Shown: positions 6,967 to 16,813 of the stretch, piece after piece | How the letters are laid out: each line of letters starts with the position of its first letter | Position numbering within the stretch: position 1 is the first letter of the stretch | NCBI GenBank assembly: GCA_964439045.1 | Contig: CAYTMO010000003.1 | Location: forward strand, 1 to 46,430 | Direction: 5' to 3' | From: an uncultured Candidatus Saccharibacteria bacterium | GTDB taxonomy: Bacteria; Patescibacteriota; Minisyncoccia; Phycocordibacterales; UBA9973 | Length of the DNA stretch: 46,430 nucleotides | Position numbers and translations under genes: made by a program | The notes under the pieces: model-generated | What the model saw: only the letters and a program-made list of their open reading frames with translations | Told to the model about the DNA's origin: nothing | Database searches by the model: none

Positions 6967-7317
6967 ATGGCCAAGGTTGGAGCTTCTGACACCGATGTCG
7001 GTCTCCTCGACTCCGCCAGCATCACGGCGGACGGAGCGACGACCGGCTACACCGTCCCGGCCAAGCGCCTGCTCGAACTGGCGCTCAAGGTGCCTTCGGG
7101 CGTGACGGGGGTCATCGAGTGCGCCTACGATGGCGGCACCGACTACTTCACCCTGACGCCGACTTCGCTTTCCGTCGTCGACGGGACCTCGGCGGCGGTG
7201 GATGTCACGATGCAATACTACACCGAGGAGCAGGGGATCAAGCTCCGCGCCCGCGGCGCTGGTACGTGGGGCGGCGGCACGATGACGCTGCGGATCTCCG
7301 GGGCGCCGGGCCGCTGA
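6967..7317 (+). CDS. Hypothetical structural-region protein (116 aa)
   Basis: ATG 3 nt after the terL stop. Composition suggests a beta-rich protein. Confidence 0.6.
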   Translation: MAKVGASDTDVGLLDSASITADGATTGYTVPAKRLLELALKVPSGVTGVIECAYDGGTDYFTLTPTSLSVVDGTSAAVDVTMQYYTEEQGIKLRARGAGTWGGGTMTLRISGAPGR

Positions 7318-7318
7318 T

Positions 7319-10300
7319 ATGAGCTTGTTCGGAGCGCTCTACGGTGCACTCTCTCGTGGCAGTGGGAGCGACGGCGAAGAAGGCACTCCTCCCCCGACCG
7401 GGTCCCCCGAGATCGCGGTCTCGGGCAACGGCGTAAACATCGCGGACGGGGACGCGACGCCGAGCCTGACTGACCACACCGACTTCGGGGAGGCGACGCA
7501 CAGCGGGGCCGCCATCGAGCGCGTCTTCACTGTCGAGAATACGGGCACCGCGGACCTGACGACAGCCAGCCTCGCGGTCCCGACAGGCTTCTCGATCTCC
7601 GAAGGGCTGTCGTCGATGATCGCTGCCGGCACGTCGGACACCTTCACCGTGGCCCTCGATACGGGCTCGGTCGGTACGAAGTCGGGCGACATCTCGTTCG
7701 TGAACAACGACAGCAACGAAGGCATCTTCACGTTCGCCGTAACAGGCGTCGTCAGCTCCCCGCCTCCGCCGCCCCCGCCGCCTCCCCCGCCGGAGCCCAC
7801 CGTCAGCTTGACCGCGCCTACCGATGGCGGGACGAGCACGTCGGCTCCTGTGACGGTGACCGCGACAGCGACGGCGAACAGCCCGGCGACGAGCATCGCT
7901 AGCGTCCAGTTCCGCTCAGGCGGGGTTACGTTCGCGACGGACAGCAGCGGGCCGCCGTGGTCCGTCAGTTGGAGCCCCGACAACGGAACGTACTCGCTTG
8001 ATGCGGTCGCGACCGACAACCTCGGTGGCGTTGGCACGTCGGATGCGCTGACCCACACGGTCAGCGTGGCTCCGGCCGCCGGCAGCACGATCGCGGAGCT
8101 TGCGTACTTCAACGACACCGCGTCGTCGATCCCCGCCAATGCGGTGACGCGGATGTTCGGCCACCAGTATCGGGAAGCGGATGTCCCCGACACGCAATGG
8201 CCGACGTTTGAGCTGGAAGACGGCACGCCTGTCGCGTCGAATACCGACATGGCGGCGTATTGGCCGGACGACTCTCTGTGCAACGCTTCGCACACGCTGC
8301 GCGTCCCTACCGGCATCGCTGCCATCGCACGCACATTCACGATCTCGTCGACGACGATCACGCTTGCGAACCAGACCGGCCTGACGAACGGCGACGCAGT
8401 CGTGTTGAAGTCGAGTCAGGCAATGCGCCGGCCTTTCCGCGCGTGGAAGGTCTACTACGTTCGCCTCGGCACTTCGAACACCGCGACGATCCATCCGACA
8501 GCGGCTGACGCCGTTGCCGGAACCAACGCCATCCTGCCTTCGACGGTGGCTGCCGATGCCGGAAGCGGCACGTTCACGCTCTGCCCGGCGCTGAAGATCA
8601 AGATCAAGAACGGCGGCTCTGCTCCGTCGGCGAGTGGGTTCGACACGACGACGATTACGTCCAACTCCGATCTCAAGCTCGAGGCGGTCGGCGCGCTCGA
8701 ACTCAGCGGGACCTACACGTCGTCCGTGAATACCGGCATCAGCGACGGTGGGTTGAACGTCTTCGCGATCGGTGATGGGCCTGTCTCCCGGATCTATCGC
8801 ATCTACCAGGAGTTCAACAACGGTTCGGATCACGCGCAGTTTGGCGCGAACTTCTATTTGCAGGTCTTGAAGAACAGCAGTGGTGGGCTGTATGGCATCC
8901 GCTGCTGGCCGGATCTCCACAACGGCTGGGACGATGTCACGTCCCCGAAGGTGAAGGTCCTCGGCCTCGCTTCGATCGTTTGCAAGGACGGATCTACGAC
9001 AATCGCCACGCCTACCGTCTGGTGGAGCACGCGCACGTTCACGGCGTCTGGTGGGGTGCTGACCTCGGGCACCACGTTCGAAGATCCGGGCGAAGGCGAT
9101 ACGAGCTTCCCGAAGTACCCCCCGGTAAAGATCACGACGACTGGTACGCTCCCGACCGGGCTGACGCCGGACGCGTTCTATTGGATGCGCGCGAGCATCC
9201 TCGGAACGACCTTCTCGCTGCACACGACCTACCGCGACTGCGTGACGAACGCGAGCCCGGTTGCCGTCTCCGGCAGCGGCAGCGGCGTGCATTCGTTCAC
9301 TGTCGTTCCGTGGGTCGACAACTACGCGATTGGCCCCGGCATCGTCGGCACCGATGGAGAGTACAACTTCGTTCAGGGCGCGGCTGGGACAGGGTCGGAA
9401 GCGGCCGGACAGATCGTGCAAGACACCGAGTACCTCTGGTCAACGCGCGCTTGGGGTGCGTATCGCACGGATGCGTTCGTCAGCCCGATCGAGGACCGGC
9501 AATTCTGCATGCAGACGGCTCACGCGCTGCTAGCTTCCGGTACGACCGGCGCAGCGCCGATGATGGGGAACGTCGATAGCTGGACCGTGCGTTACATGAT
9601 CCACCGCAACTCGCGCCGCGGCTATCGAGCGATGGTCGCGGGGAACGATGCGATCAGGTTTGCGGTCAGGAAGAAGTCGACGCGCACCATTATCAACACC
9701 GCCAACGCTTCGTACACGGGGATGGATGCGTCGCGTCTCAATCACACTGTGTATTGGGGCTATAATGACGGCCAGTGGCGGGACGCCAACATCCCCGACA
9801 CATCGACGATGGTGCTGAAAGACTACGGATGGAGCCACGCGCCCGGCATCGCCCCCGGGGGGTTCCTAATCCACGGCGAGCCTCAGTACCTCGATAAGAT
9901 GCACGGGATCGGCGCTTCGGCGATCACGCATAGGTACGCGGACCCGATCTATAACACGTACAGAACACAGAACATCGGCGGAACCCTCTGGTACAACTGC
10001 TTGACGAACTCGCATGCCGAGCGCGAGGCGTCGTGGATCGTGAGGGACGTAGCATACCCGGCGCTTCTGTCCCCGGAGACGTGGCAAAGCGTCCCGATTA
10101 AGCAGTATTTCAAGGACATCGTGACGAACGACGCGGCCGCGACGCGCGCGAAGAAGGCGACGCAGACCGCGTTCGCGCAGTCAATCAAATGGCCGAAGTT
10201 TCACGTGCCATCTGGCGACCTTGGAATGTCCACATGGTCGACGATGTTCTTGACCGGCGCGCGCATCATCGCGTGGATGGCCACGCGCGACGCGAACATC

Positions 10301-11368
10301 AAGCTTGAGATCGAGGAACGGCTTCAGTTCTCCGACAATGTCCGAACGAACTTCGGCTGCCCGCATGTCGACGCCTTCATCTACTACATTGCCAACCCGG
10401 CGACGAGTTGGGACAACGTCGAAGCGGCAGACTCCTTCGGGGAACTCAACACCATACCAGACGACAACCGCATTAAGATCCTCTGCCACATTGGAGTATC
10501 GACCTATTCAGGCTTTGTTGCCGGCGACACGATAACGGGGGCAACGTCGGGGCACACGGCGGTAATCTACGATGTGAGACCGTCCGCATCATCGACGCCA
10601 CTAATCCGCATTTGGGCGCCGACAGGAACGTTCACGGTTGGCGAGACTGTGACCGGTGCATTGGGAGGGACCGCTACGGTCACGCATGCGGTCCTCACGT
10701 CTCTGAGCGGAGTGAAGCTCACTGAAACGCCGTACGGCGCCATCGCGAACGGATCTCCATTCATCACTGACGACGCCACGGAGCTTCCCGGGCCAACGGC
10801 GGACACGACCTACTACGTCCGCGATTGGGACTCGACCGCCAAGACCTTCAAGCTCGCGACGACCTCGGCGCTTTCGGATGTCGTCGAGATCCCGCTTCGT
10901 GTCGGGTTGAGTAGCAGCCATTCGGCGTTTACGGTCGGCGACACGGTTACGGGCGGGACCAGCGGCAAAACTGGAGTCATCCACTCGAAGGTCAACTACT
11001 ACGGCACCAATACGTTGTACCTCTCCGCGACCAGTGGGCTTTTCACGATTGGAGAGACACTCACCGGATCGCTCGGCGGCAGCAGCACAGTCACCGCGCA
11101 TTTTAGTTCTAACCAAAGAACAACTAATTCGGGCGGCTTGAGAGCAGGTGGGTCTTCCACCGAGTATTCCACGAGTGGGACTAGCCCGACCTCTACATTT
11201 TACGCTTTGGCCGGGTACACGAAGTGGGCGAAGGCGGCCGGGTTTACGATCCCGACCGGTTTGCTTGAGTCCTACGAAGCGTTCGAAACTGCTTCGGGGT
11301 ACCCAGGGGGCCCGACAGATTGGGCGACCAATACCGCCTACAATTTCAAGAGCACGTTTTCGTTCTGA
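7319..11368 (+). CDS. Giant tail fibre / receptor-binding protein (1349 aa)
   Basis: The N-terminal adhesin-like module is paralogous to the C-terminus of the 12196..13899 product. It has an 11-Pro tract (7760-7792), an Ig-like segment, and repeated GDT(I/V)TGxTSGxT and GETxTGxLGG motifs near the C-terminus. Confidence 0.75.
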   Translation: MSLFGALYGALSRGSGSDGEEGTPPPTGSPEIAVSGNGVNIADGDATPSLTDHTDFGEATHSGAAIERVFTVENTGTADLTTASLAVPTGFSISEGLSSMIAAGTSDTFTVALDTGSVGTKSGDISFVNNDSNEGIFTFAVTGVVSSPPPPPPPPPPPEPTVSLTAPTDGGTSTSAPVTVTATATANSPATSIASVQFRSGGVTFATDSSGPPWSVSWSPDNGTYSLDAVATDNLGGVGTSDALTHTVSVAPAAGSTIAELAYFNDTASSIPANAVTRMFGHQYREADVPDTQWPTFELEDGTPVASNTDMAAYWPDDSLCNASHTLRVPTGIAAIARTFTISSTTITLANQTGLTNGDAVVLKSSQAMRRPFRAWKVYYVRLGTSNTATIHPTAADAVAGTNAILPSTVAADAGSGTFTLCPALKIKIKNGGSAPSASGFDTTTITSNSDLKLEAVGALELSGTYTSSVNTGISDGGLNVFAIGDGPVSRIYRIYQEFNNGSDHAQFGANFYLQVLKNSSGGLYGIRCWPDLHNGWDDVTSPKVKVLGLASIVCKDGSTTIATPTVWWSTRTFTASGGVLTSGTTFEDPGEGDTSFPKYPPVKITTTGTLPTGLTPDAFYWMRASILGTTFSLHTTYRDCVTNASPVAVSGSGSGVHSFTVVPWVDNYAIGPGIVGTDGEYNFVQGAAGTGSEAAGQIVQDTEYLWSTRAWGAYRTDAFVSPIEDRQFCMQTAHALLASGTTGAAPMMGNVDSWTVRYMIHRNSRRGYRAMVAGNDAIRFAVRKKSTRTIINTANASYTGMDASRLNHTVYWGYNDGQWRDANIPDTSTMVLKDYGWSHAPGIAPGGFLIHGEPQYLDKMHGIGASAITHRYADPIYNTYRTQNIGGTLWYNCLTNSHAEREASWIVRDVAYPALLSPETWQSVPIKQYFKDIVTNDAAATRAKKATQTAFAQSIKWPKFHVPSGDLGMSTWSTMFLTGARIIAWMATRDANIKLEIEERLQFSDNVRTNFGCPHVDAFIYYIANPATSWDNVEAADSFGELNTIPDDNRIKILCHIGVSTYSGFVAGDTITGATSGHTAVIYDVRPSASSTPLIRIWAPTGTFTVGETVTGALGGTATVTHAVLTSLSGVKLTETPYGAIANGSPFITDDATELPGPTADTTYYVRDWDSTAKTFKLATTSALSDVVEIPLRVGLSSSHSAFTVGDTVTGGTSGKTGVIHSKVNYYGTNTLYLSATSGLFTIGETLTGSLGGSSTVTAHFSSNQRTTNSGGLRAGGSSTEYSTSGTSPTSTFYALAGYTKWAKAAGFTIPTGLLESYEAFETASGYPGGPTDWATNTAYNFKSTFSF

Positions 11369-11376
11369 GGGGCCGG

Positions 11377-11787
11377 ATGACGATCAACCTTTTCCAGACC
11401 CGCGGCGAGTTCAACATCGGGCCGCTGCACGTCTTCGCAGGGCAGCAGATTGCGCCGCAGGACATCGTTGCCGTGGGGCACAGCCATGAGCAACCACACC
11501 TGATGGTGCTGCTCAATCCGATCCGGCATGAGTGCCCGCACTGCAAGAGCGCGCTGCCGGTCCCGCGCTACAAGATCCGGGTTGAGAAGCCTGACGGCGC
11601 GGACATCGAACAGGAGATCGGCCCCTATGGCCTCGCCTACATCCGCGCAGGCTACCAGCACAGCATCGAGCAGCTTGAGCCGGGCGCGCTCGGCGGCTTC
11701 GCGTGCATCTTCCCGCGCTACGATGAAAACGGGAAATTGATGCTGGACCCGAAGCGTGAAGCCTCGCCGGGGGTGACCTATGGCTAA
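11377..11787 (+). CDS. Hypothetical protein (136 aa), possible cupin-like fold
   Basis: ATG at 11377 (MTINLFQTRGE...). The GHSHEQPH motif prompts the fold guess, which is weak. Confidence 0.55.
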   Translation: MTINLFQTRGEFNIGPLHVFAGQQIAPQDIVAVGHSHEQPHLMVLLNPIRHECPHCKSALPVPRYKIRVEKPDGADIEQEIGPYGLAYIRAGYQHSIEQLEPGALGGFACIFPRYDENGKLMLDPKREASPGVTYG

Positions 11788-12196
11788 GCTCGTCGTCTAC
11801 GCCATAGACCTGCCTGGAGACGAAGACCTCAAGCGTGGTCACGTCGTCGACATCCGCGAGGATGACGAAGAAGTCGGCGGCGAGATTGAGAACGGCGCGC
11901 TGATGCCGGATGGGTCGCGTGCGTTTCTATGGCGCGTGGTCAAGGTGCCCGGCACGAAAGCGGAGTACGAGGCGATGATCGCGAGAGACGCGAAGCTCGA
12001 CGACGAACTGAAGATAGTTCCCGCGCGTCGCCGCAAGATCGACCTCGATGCGCTCGAAACGGCAGCGCTGACGAAGGGCGGGAAGCTCGATTTCGTCGAT
12101 CCGATCATCGCCACGAAGGCGGAGGTTGACGCGCTCGTGTCGGTCGAACTGACGCGCGACGCTGGTGTGTTTATGCCGCCCGAGGAGCCGCGCTGA
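11780..12196 (+). CDS. Hypothetical protein (138 aa)
   Basis: ATG overlaps the upstream stop by 8 nt, and its stop overlaps the next start (TGATG). Confidence 0.6.
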   Translation: MAKLVVYAIDLPGDEDLKRGHVVDIREDDEEVGGEIENGALMPDGSRAFLWRVVKVPGTKAEYEAMIARDAKLDDELKIVPARRRKIDLDALETAALTKGGKLDFVDPIIATKAEVDALVSVELTRDAGVFMPPEEPR

Positions 12197-13899
12197 TGGC
12201 GACAAAGACGATCCAGGCATCGGGCGGCGACTACGCAACGCCCCATCTTTGGGTAAGCTACGTCGCGGCACTCGGCACGCTGTCCGCGCCCGAAATCGGC
12301 GAGATGGCCGCCGAAGAGTTCAATTCCGGCTCTCTCACACTTGGTGGTGGGTCCGTCGTCGCAAGCGCAACCAATCAGATCATCCTGCGATGCCAGACCG
12401 GCGCGGAGTACACCGGCAACCCGCTCAAATACGTCGACGGCGCGCGCATCTTGTTCGACGGAACGAACGAGCAAATGCAGGTGTCGTGGAACCATGTTGT
12501 GCTGCAAAGGTTCGCGATCAGTGGGACCGGTGCGAACTCGAACCTCGGCCGCCTCCGAGTCGATTACAATCTCACAGTAGCGACGCAAAATCTGATCATT
12601 GAGGAGTCTGGATCTTCCGCCACGTCACAGTTCGACGATCGTGGCGCGGCGGCATCGGTGCGGGAGAACTGCACTTTGATCCGTACAGCCGGGTCGGGCT
12701 CCGGGACATCGGCGCTACGGTCCGCCAACTTCAACAAGACCTACAAAAATTTCACACTCATAGCGCTTAACTCGCCGGCGAGCAGCTCGGGGACGGTCAC
12801 GGCTTACGGGACGCCGATCTACATCAACTGCGTCTCCTTCGGCTACGCGACCGACTACGGATCGACGTGGAACAGCGGATCATCGAAGAACTGCGCCACC
12901 GACAAGGCGAGCGGGTCGAGCAACATAGCGTCGATGACCGGCGCGCAGTTCTCTGTCGTGAGCGGAGACTTCGTCAGCGTCACGAGCGGGTCGCATGACA
13001 TCCGCGTCGCGAGCGGCTCCACGAAGTTGAAAGACCTCGGCGCGGCTAGCGGCGGGACAACGACGGACTGCCTAGGAAACTCGATCAGCGGCGGAACGCG
13101 CGACATTGGCGCGCATGAATACCAAGCGTCTGGCGCTCCTGAGGTTGCGGTCTCTGGCAACGGCGTAAACATCGCGGATGGCTCCTCTACAGCGAGTGCT
13201 ACGGATCACACTGATTTTGGCAGCGTTGCCCAAGGCGGTTCGGCGGTCTCTCGCACGTTCACCGTGACGAACTCGGGCACCGCGGATCTGACAACTTCAG
13301 GGCTCACGGTCCCTACTGGCTTCAGCGTCACCGAAGGCTTGAGCGCCACGATCGCGGCGAGTGCGTCGGACACCTTCACCGTCGAGCTGGCCACCGCGAC
13401 TGCTGGCCTGAAGTCTGGTGACGTTAGCTTCACGACGAACGACAGCGACGAAGGAACGTTTAACTTCGCGATCGCCGGGACAGTAACTACGCCGGCTAAC
13501 AACCCGCCGACCGGGTCCATCACCTCGCCGGCTGATGGCGCGACGATCACTGCCATTCCTGTAACTGTGACGGCGTCGTTGACGGACTCTGATGGGACGG
13601 TGATCCAGGCTCGACTGTTCGAGGACGGAGCGCCGATCGGGACTGACATAGCGTCGCCGTGGGAGTGGCTGTGGAGCCCGTCCAATGGCGTGAAGACTTT
13701 GTGGGTGGAGGTCACTGACGACGACCTGGACTCCGCGCTCACCGCCGAGGTAGTAGTAACGGTGGCTGTCCCGCCTCCGCCTCCGCCTCCCCCGCCTCCG
13801 CCGCCCCCGTCAGGCGGCCCTGGCGGCGGCGCCTTGTTCGGAGCGCTGAACGGCCTCCACCGTAATCCTCGTACTCGACTACTCCGAAAGGGCGTCTGA
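12196..13899 (+). CDS. Beta-helix-like tailspike/depolymerase candidate with a C-terminal adhesin module (567 aa)
   Basis: The N-terminal ~310 aa are Ser/Gly/Thr/Asn-rich with repetitive strands ending ...RDIGAHEYQ, as in parallel beta-helix proteins. The C-terminal module is paralogous to 7319..11368. A 13-Pro tract spans 13771-13809. Confidence 0.65.
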   Translation: MATKTIQASGGDYATPHLWVSYVAALGTLSAPEIGEMAAEEFNSGSLTLGGGSVVASATNQIILRCQTGAEYTGNPLKYVDGARILFDGTNEQMQVSWNHVVLQRFAISGTGANSNLGRLRVDYNLTVATQNLIIEESGSSATSQFDDRGAAASVRENCTLIRTAGSGSGTSALRSANFNKTYKNFTLIALNSPASSSGTVTAYGTPIYINCVSFGYATDYGSTWNSGSSKNCATDKASGSSNIASMTGAQFSVVSGDFVSVTSGSHDIRVASGSTKLKDLGAASGGTTTDCLGNSISGGTRDIGAHEYQASGAPEVAVSGNGVNIADGSSTASATDHTDFGSVAQGGSAVSRTFTVTNSGTADLTTSGLTVPTGFSVTEGLSATIAASASDTFTVELATATAGLKSGDVSFTTNDSDEGTFNFAIAGTVTTPANNPPTGSITSPADGATITAIPVTVTASLTDSDGTVIQARLFEDGAPIGTDIASPWEWLWSPSNGVKTLWVEVTDDDLDSALTAEVVVTVAVPPPPPPPPPPPPPSGGPGGGALFGALNGLHRNPRTRLLRKGV

Positions 13900-14115
13900 A
13901 TGTGCCTCTCATCCCCGAAAACGCCCGATCCGCCGCCGCTGCCTCCGCCGGCCGAGCCGCCGCCGACCGCGGTCGACCCGGCGGTGCAGCGTGCGCGCGT
14001 CGACAATCGCCAGCGCGCCGCTCTCGCCCTTGGTCGTGACCGGACGATCCTGACTTCAGCTCAGGGTCTTCTCGACACGCCCACGTCGGGCAAGAAGTCG
14101 TTGCTCGGCCAGTAA
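13900..14115 (+). CDS. Small conserved phage protein (71 aa) with a Pro-rich N-terminus and an RTILTS motif
   Basis: ATG immediately after the upstream TGA. I remember similar small proteins next to portals in other podoviruses. Confidence 0.5.
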   Translation: MCLSSPKTPDPPPLPPPAEPPPTAVDPAVQRARVDNRQRAALALGRDRTILTSAQGLLDTPTSGKKSLLGQ

Positions 14116-14131
14116 GGGATCACGTGATGCC
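14116..14131. promoter_or_regulatory. Palindrome-family site GGGATCACGTGATGCC containing the portal start codon
   Basis: 10-bp perfect core ATCACGTGAT. The ATG at 14127 is part of the right arm. Confidence 0.5.
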
Positions 14132-15818
14132 CGAGGTTCCCACCTACGACTACGTCTCGAAGCAGATCGAGGCGATGCGAACGGAGCGGTCGAGCTTCAT
14201 CGACCACTACCGCGATCTGTCGCGGTGGGTGCAGCCTCGTCGCGGTCGTTTCCTTCGGGCCGATCGCAACAAGGGCGAAGCTTCTCGCCACGAGCGCCAT
14301 AACCTCGTCAATTCCGCGGCGACGTTTGCCCTGCGCACGGCCCGCGCCGGCCTGCTGTCGGGCGTCATGTCGCCCGCGCGCCCCTGGTTCAAGCTGGGCG
14401 CCCCCGACCCTGACCTGAGCGAGTTCCTCGCGGTCAAGGAGTGGCTGGAGAAGGTCGAGCTGATCATCCGCCGCATCTTCAACGAGAGCAACCTCTACAA
14501 CATGGCGCCGTCGATGCTGGGGGAGCTTCTCCTATTCGGCACGGGCTCCATGAGCCACGTCGACAACTACGACGACGTCGCGCGCTTCTTCACGCACACC
14601 GTTGGCAGCTACATGCTGGCCCAAGACGAGAACTACAAAGTCTCGATCATGGGGCGCGAGTACGAGGAGACGGTGCTCCAGCTCGTTCGCAAGTTCGGGC
14701 TGGACAAGGTGTCCCGATCGGTCAGGGATCAGTACGACAAGGGCAACTACCACTCATGGTACCCGGTCTACCACCTCGTCGAACCGAACCCCGACTTCGA
14801 CCAGCGCAGCCCCATGGCCAAGCGCAAGAAGTTCCGTTCGACCTACATCGAGGTCGGCTGCAACGAGAAGCTCCTCCTGCGCGAGAGCGGCTTCGAGGAC
14901 TTCCCGGTCTACGCCCCGCGCTGGGAAGTGACGGGCGAGGACATCTACGCCACCGACTGCCCCGGCATGACGGCGCTGGGCGACACCAGGGCGCTCCAGG
15001 TCGAAGAGAAGCGCAAGGGGCAGGCCATCGAGAAGATGGTCAACCCGCCGCTGCATGGCCCGGCTTCGTTGAAGAACACGCCGGTCTCAAGCCTGCCGGG
15101 CGGGCTCACGGTCTACGACAGCTCGGGGGGGCAAGGCCAAAGCCTTGCTCCGATCTACATGGTCAACCCGAAGGTCCAAGAGCTGATGATGGACATCAAG
15201 GAGGTCGAAAAGCGCATCGATCGGGCCTTCTACGTCGATATGTTCCTGGCGATCTCGAACATGGACGGCATCCAGCCGCGCAACGAGTTCGAGCTGAGCC
15301 AACGCAACCAGGAGCGCCTGCTCCAGATCGGCCCGGTGCTTGAGCAGTTGCACGGCGAGTTCCTGAACCGCCTGATCGATCGCACGTTCAACCAAGCATG
15401 GAAGGCCGGCATCCTGCCGCCGCCACCCCCGGAGCTTCAGGGGCAGTCGCTCAAGGTCGAATACATCTCGACCCTGGCCATGGCGCAGAAGGCCGTCGCG
15501 ACCAACAACATCGATCGCCTGAGCGCGTTCATCGCCGGCCTCGCGGGCGCGGGCTACACGGGCGTACTCGACAAGTTCGACGCCGATCAGGCGGTGGACG
15601 AGTACGCGCAGGCCCTACTGGTGCCGGCCAAGCTCATCGTGCCCGACGACGTCGTGGCCCAACGCCGTGCCGAGCGCGAGCAGGCGCAGAAGGCTGCCCT
15701 GGCGATGGAGATGGCGAAGGGTGTCGCCGAGACCGCCAACGCTGCCGCGGGCGCCAAGACAGGCGAACCGAACGCTCTGACGCGCATGATCGGCCAGGAC
15801 GAGGCCGAAGATGAGTGA
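14127..15818 (+). CDS. Portal (head-to-tail connector) protein, T7/BPP-1 type (563 aa)
   Basis: The N-terminus MPEVPTYDYVSKQIEAMRTERSSFIDHYRDLSRWVQPRRGRF matches the podovirus Head-tail_con family. AAGGGA lies 7 nt upstream of the ATG. Confidence 0.85.
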   Translation: MPEVPTYDYVSKQIEAMRTERSSFIDHYRDLSRWVQPRRGRFLRADRNKGEASRHERHNLVNSAATFALRTARAGLLSGVMSPARPWFKLGAPDPDLSEFLAVKEWLEKVELIIRRIFNESNLYNMAPSMLGELLLFGTGSMSHVDNYDDVARFFTHTVGSYMLAQDENYKVSIMGREYEETVLQLVRKFGLDKVSRSVRDQYDKGNYHSWYPVYHLVEPNPDFDQRSPMAKRKKFRSTYIEVGCNEKLLLRESGFEDFPVYAPRWEVTGEDIYATDCPGMTALGDTRALQVEEKRKGQAIEKMVNPPLHGPASLKNTPVSSLPGGLTVYDSSGGQGQSLAPIYMVNPKVQELMMDIKEVEKRIDRAFYVDMFLAISNMDGIQPRNEFELSQRNQERLLQIGPVLEQLHGEFLNRLIDRTFNQAWKAGILPPPPPELQGQSLKVEYISTLAMAQKAVATNNIDRLSAFIAGLAGAGYTGVLDKFDADQAVDEYAQALLVPAKLIVPDDVVAQRRAEREQAQKAALAMEMAKGVAETANAAAGAKTGEPNALTRMIGQDEAEDE

Positions 15819-16137
15819 CGCTGGCGACGAGGAAGACGTCAAGAAGCGCAAGACACGCGCTCAACTGAGCCGCGAGCGTGAGATCGCCGAAGCGGCCAAG
15901 GTGCTCGACACTGCCTGGGGGCGCGCGTTCATCTGGCGCATCCTGGAGCGCGGCGGCTTCCACAAGCTGAGCTTCATGGGCGCCGACACCCACACGACCG
16001 CGTTCAACGAAGGCCGGCGGGATATTGCGAACTGGGTGCTGAGCGAGTGCTTGACCGCCCGTCCGCAATGTTATAACGTGATGAGGAATGAAGCCGAAGA
16101 ACGTGAGCAATCCTTAAGGGGAGATGTTGATGGCTGA
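15811..16137 (+). CDS. Bbp19-like small head-module protein (108 aa)
   Basis: Overlaps the portal stop. Its position between portal and scaffold matches the BPP-1-type head module. Confidence 0.6.
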   Translation: MSDAGDEEDVKKRKTRAQLSREREIAEAAKVLDTAWGRAFIWRILERGGFHKLSFMGADTHTTAFNEGRRDIANWVLSECLTARPQCYNVMRNEAEEREQSLRGDVDG

Positions 16138-16801
16138 GACAGTGTTGGGGGGCGCAGCCCCCGAGAACAAGCCGGCCGAGGGCGCCACGCAGGGCACCCC
16201 CGACCCGAACAAGCCGGCGGAGGGGAAGGCCGCCGAAGGAGATCCCGCGGGCGGAAAGAAGCCCGAGGGTGAAGGTGCAGCCGACAAGTCCAAGGACGCC
16301 GAGGGCGACAAGGAGAAGAAGGGAGCACCGGAGAAGTACGAGTTCAAGGTTCCTGACGGTGTCGCGCTAGACGAGACTTTGGTCGCCGAGTTCACCCCGG
16401 TGGCCAAGGAACTCGGGCTCGACAACGCAAGCGCCCAGAAGCTCGTGGATCTCTACACCAAGACGCGCGCAGCCGACACCCAGAAGCTGTACGATGCTTG
16501 GACCCAGACGCACGAGAAATGGGTCGGAGAAGCCAAGGCCGACAAGGAGTTCGGCGGAGTCAACTTCGACGCCAACGTCGCCATCGCCAAGAAGGCCATG
16601 ACTGCGGCCGTTCTCGGCGGCGGCGAAAAGCTCGTGGAAGCGCTGAACGTCACCGGGGCGGGCAACCACCCCGAGGTCATCCGCTTCTTCTACAAGGTGG
16701 GCAAGCTCATGTCCGACGACAAGTTCGACACCGGCAGAAGCCAGTCGAACTCGGCGGGGGACAAGGCCAAGGCCCTCTACCCCTCAATGCAAAACCCCTA
16801 A
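16130..16801 (+). CDS. Scaffolding protein (223 aa)
   Basis: Charged, low-complexity N-terminus rich in Ala, Glu, Lys and Gly, with a helical C-terminus, immediately upstream of the capsid gene. ATG at 16130 lies 6 nt after AAGGGGAG. Confidence 0.7.
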   Translation: MAETVLGGAAPENKPAEGATQGTPDPNKPAEGKAAEGDPAGGKKPEGEGAADKSKDAEGDKEKKGAPEKYEFKVPDGVALDETLVAEFTPVAKELGLDNASAQKLVDLYTKTRAADTQKLYDAWTQTHEKWVGEAKADKEFGGVNFDANVAIAKKAMTAAVLGGGEKLVEALNVTGAGNHPEVIRFFYKVGKLMSDDKFDTGRSQSNSAGDKAKALYPSMQNP

Positions 16802-16813
16802 GGAGTAAAAGCA

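Noticed and set aside
7400-13520. Possible diversity-generating retroelement (template/variable repeat pair), suggested by the BPP-1-like head module and the duplicated segment in two tail proteins.
   Set aside because: No reverse transcriptase ORF anywhere in the window. The two copies differ at all four bases rather than specifically at adenines. The similarity spans a whole protein domain, not a short C-terminal variable repeat.
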